A stretch of 6,931 nucleotides of DNA. It comes from Vitrella brassicaformis CCMP3155 (taxonomy: Eukaryota; Protista; Chromerida). Where the stretch lies: contig CDMY01000988.1 in NCBI GenBank assembly GCA_001179505.1, positions 1 through 6,931 of the forward strand. Reading direction: 5' to 3'. The notes beneath the pieces were generated by a model that was not told the DNA's origin, made no database searches, and saw only the letters and a program-made list of their open reading frames with translations. Shown piece after piece: positions 5,751 through 6,931 of this stretch. The position numbers were made by a program, and so were the translations under genes. How positions within the stretch are numbered: position 1 is the first letter of the stretch; each line of letters starts with the position of its first letter.

Positions 5751-6931
5751 CTACTGTGGTATGATGTGGGCAAGGCCGTGTTTGGTCAGAAGGCAGCGGG
5801 TCAAGGACATCGCGATGGGAAATCGGTCAAACAGCCGCGTGTGGAGCTCGAAGGACGCTTCGGTCGTGAAGAGGTTGACGCGGCCACTGTACAGGTACAG
5901 GTATGCAGCCATGGTCTCAACTTCCTTCATGCCCTTGAGGACGATGAGTCGCTCCCGCCCATCCCCCTGCCCCTCGTAGATGAGGTCGATGGTGGTGTGG
6001 CCCTCGATGGGCTCGGTCAGCAGTCGCTGATAGCGCCCATCGCCGCCGCCCACTGGCGCGTCGAGTACCTCCTTCTCGTCCACCCCCTCTTGGCCAAACC
6101 ACTCGAACAACACCATCCGTCGGATGAAGGCCGTGAACGAGGGGAAGAGGGAGCCATGGCGGTAGCGGGCAAGGTAGCGGATGGGCGGGTTGTGGGAGTC
6201 GTATGTGCGGCGGTAGGGATGGCGGGGAGGGAGGGCGGACAGCGGCACCGTCTCCAACCGCCACCCTCGCTGGCCGCTTCCGATGGTATACCGCTGCCGT
6301 GTCACCCCACCGTCCCCCTCTCCCTCTCCTTGGCCGTCCCACTCTCCATCCCCCTTCTTGGCCTCGTCGCCATCCTCGCCATCGCTGTCATCGGCCTCAT
6401 CCACCTTTGTCAGTGCGAGGCTGGTCCCCTGGTAGTTGAGGAGGTGGCCGAATGTGCTGTACTGGCGAAGGGCGAGGGGCATGGTGTGGAAGTCGGCCTT
6501 GATGGGCAGGTGGGCCGCCATCCACTGAGGCGACATGATCAGCGGCAGGCCAGTCGAGGGCGTCAGCTTGTAGATGTCGGCCAGCCGGATGAAGTCGGGC
6601 CACTGCTCACACCACACCGCCCCGCCATGCTCCAGTGCATAGCAGCACTGGCACAGATAGCAGAAATGCGACACATGAGGGCCTCCACCGCCTGCAGCTG
6701 CAGCGGCCGGTGCGTCACTGCTGCTGCTGCTGGTGGTCGGAGGGGCAGGGGTGGGCGCCGTGGCACTGGCTGTGTCTGCTGCTGTCCGGTGCACGTCGAT
6801 GAGGCCGGTCAGCGAGTGGCGGCTGAGGTGCTTGGCGATGCGACGCTGCACGAAGGCCTCATTGACGAGTTGGCTGCCGTGTGCCCTGCTGATGGGGCGG
6901 GCCGAGCAGACGGCCTCATCGATGGGAAGGC
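5751..6931 (-). CDS. Intronless hypothetical protein, C-terminal portion (start lies beyond the right edge)
   Basis: The frame stays open beyond the track's GTG start at 6851 to the window end, adding ...LPIDEAVCSARPISRAHGSQLVNEAFVQRRIAK. That gives more than 390 codons, GC-rich, with no microsatellite intron signature, ending at TAG 5753-5751. From recall (unverified), motifs such as PSFTAF and RFPIAMSLTR resemble the large expanded families of uncharacterised Vitrella proteins. It has low-complexity S/A/G and D/E/G linkers. Confidence 0.85.
   Translation of the reverse strand, partial: LPIDEAVCSARPISRAHGSQLVNEAFVQRRIAKHLSRHSLTGLIDVHRTAADTASATAPTPAPPTTSSSSSDAPAAAAAGGGGPHVSHFCYLCQCCYALEHGGAVWCEQWPDFIRLADIYKLTPSTGLPLIMSPQWMAAHLPIKADFHTMPLALRQYSTFGHLLNYQGTSLALTKVDEADDSDGEDGDEAKKGDGEWDGQGEGEGDGGVTRQRYTIGSGQRGWRLETVPLSALPPRHPYRRTYDSHNPPIRYLARYRHGSLFPSFTAFIRRMVLFEWFGQEGVDEKEVLDAPVGGGDGRYQRLLTEPIEGHTTIDLIYEGQGDGRERLIVLKGMKEVETMAAYLYLYSGRVNLFTTEASFELHTRLFDRFPIAMSLTRCLLTKHGLAHIIPQ

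Overview
Eukaryotic, intron-dense genomic DNA with GC-rich exons and 58-141 nt introns full of CA/GT/CAGA microsatellites. The alveolin gene and intron style suggest an alveolate, most like the chromerid Vitrella brassicaformis (inference, not database-checked). Three genes are supported. (1) The 5' part of a spliced minus-strand hypothetical gene (ATG 597, runs off the left edge). (2) A 16-exon plus-strand alveolin/IMC-type cytoskeletal gene (789-3729), head-to-head with gene 1 across a 191-bp gap that carries telomeric TTTAGGG repeats. Its spliced model is exactly 1 nt short: a frameshift at ~1366 inside exon 3 gives an early TGA at 1377-1379. (3) The 3' part of an intronless minus-strand hypothetical CDS (stop 5751-5753, open past the right edge). 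The ~2 kb between the convergent genes holds probable 3'UTR introns, degenerate duplications and a weak two-exon small ORF. Most ORF-track entries are antisense shadows or intron read-throughs. I see no clearly new multi-gene system. The best leads are the alveolin frameshift, its uncharacterised C-terminal region, an intron present in only one of two near-identical coding repeats, and the telomeric/G4 bidirectional promoter.
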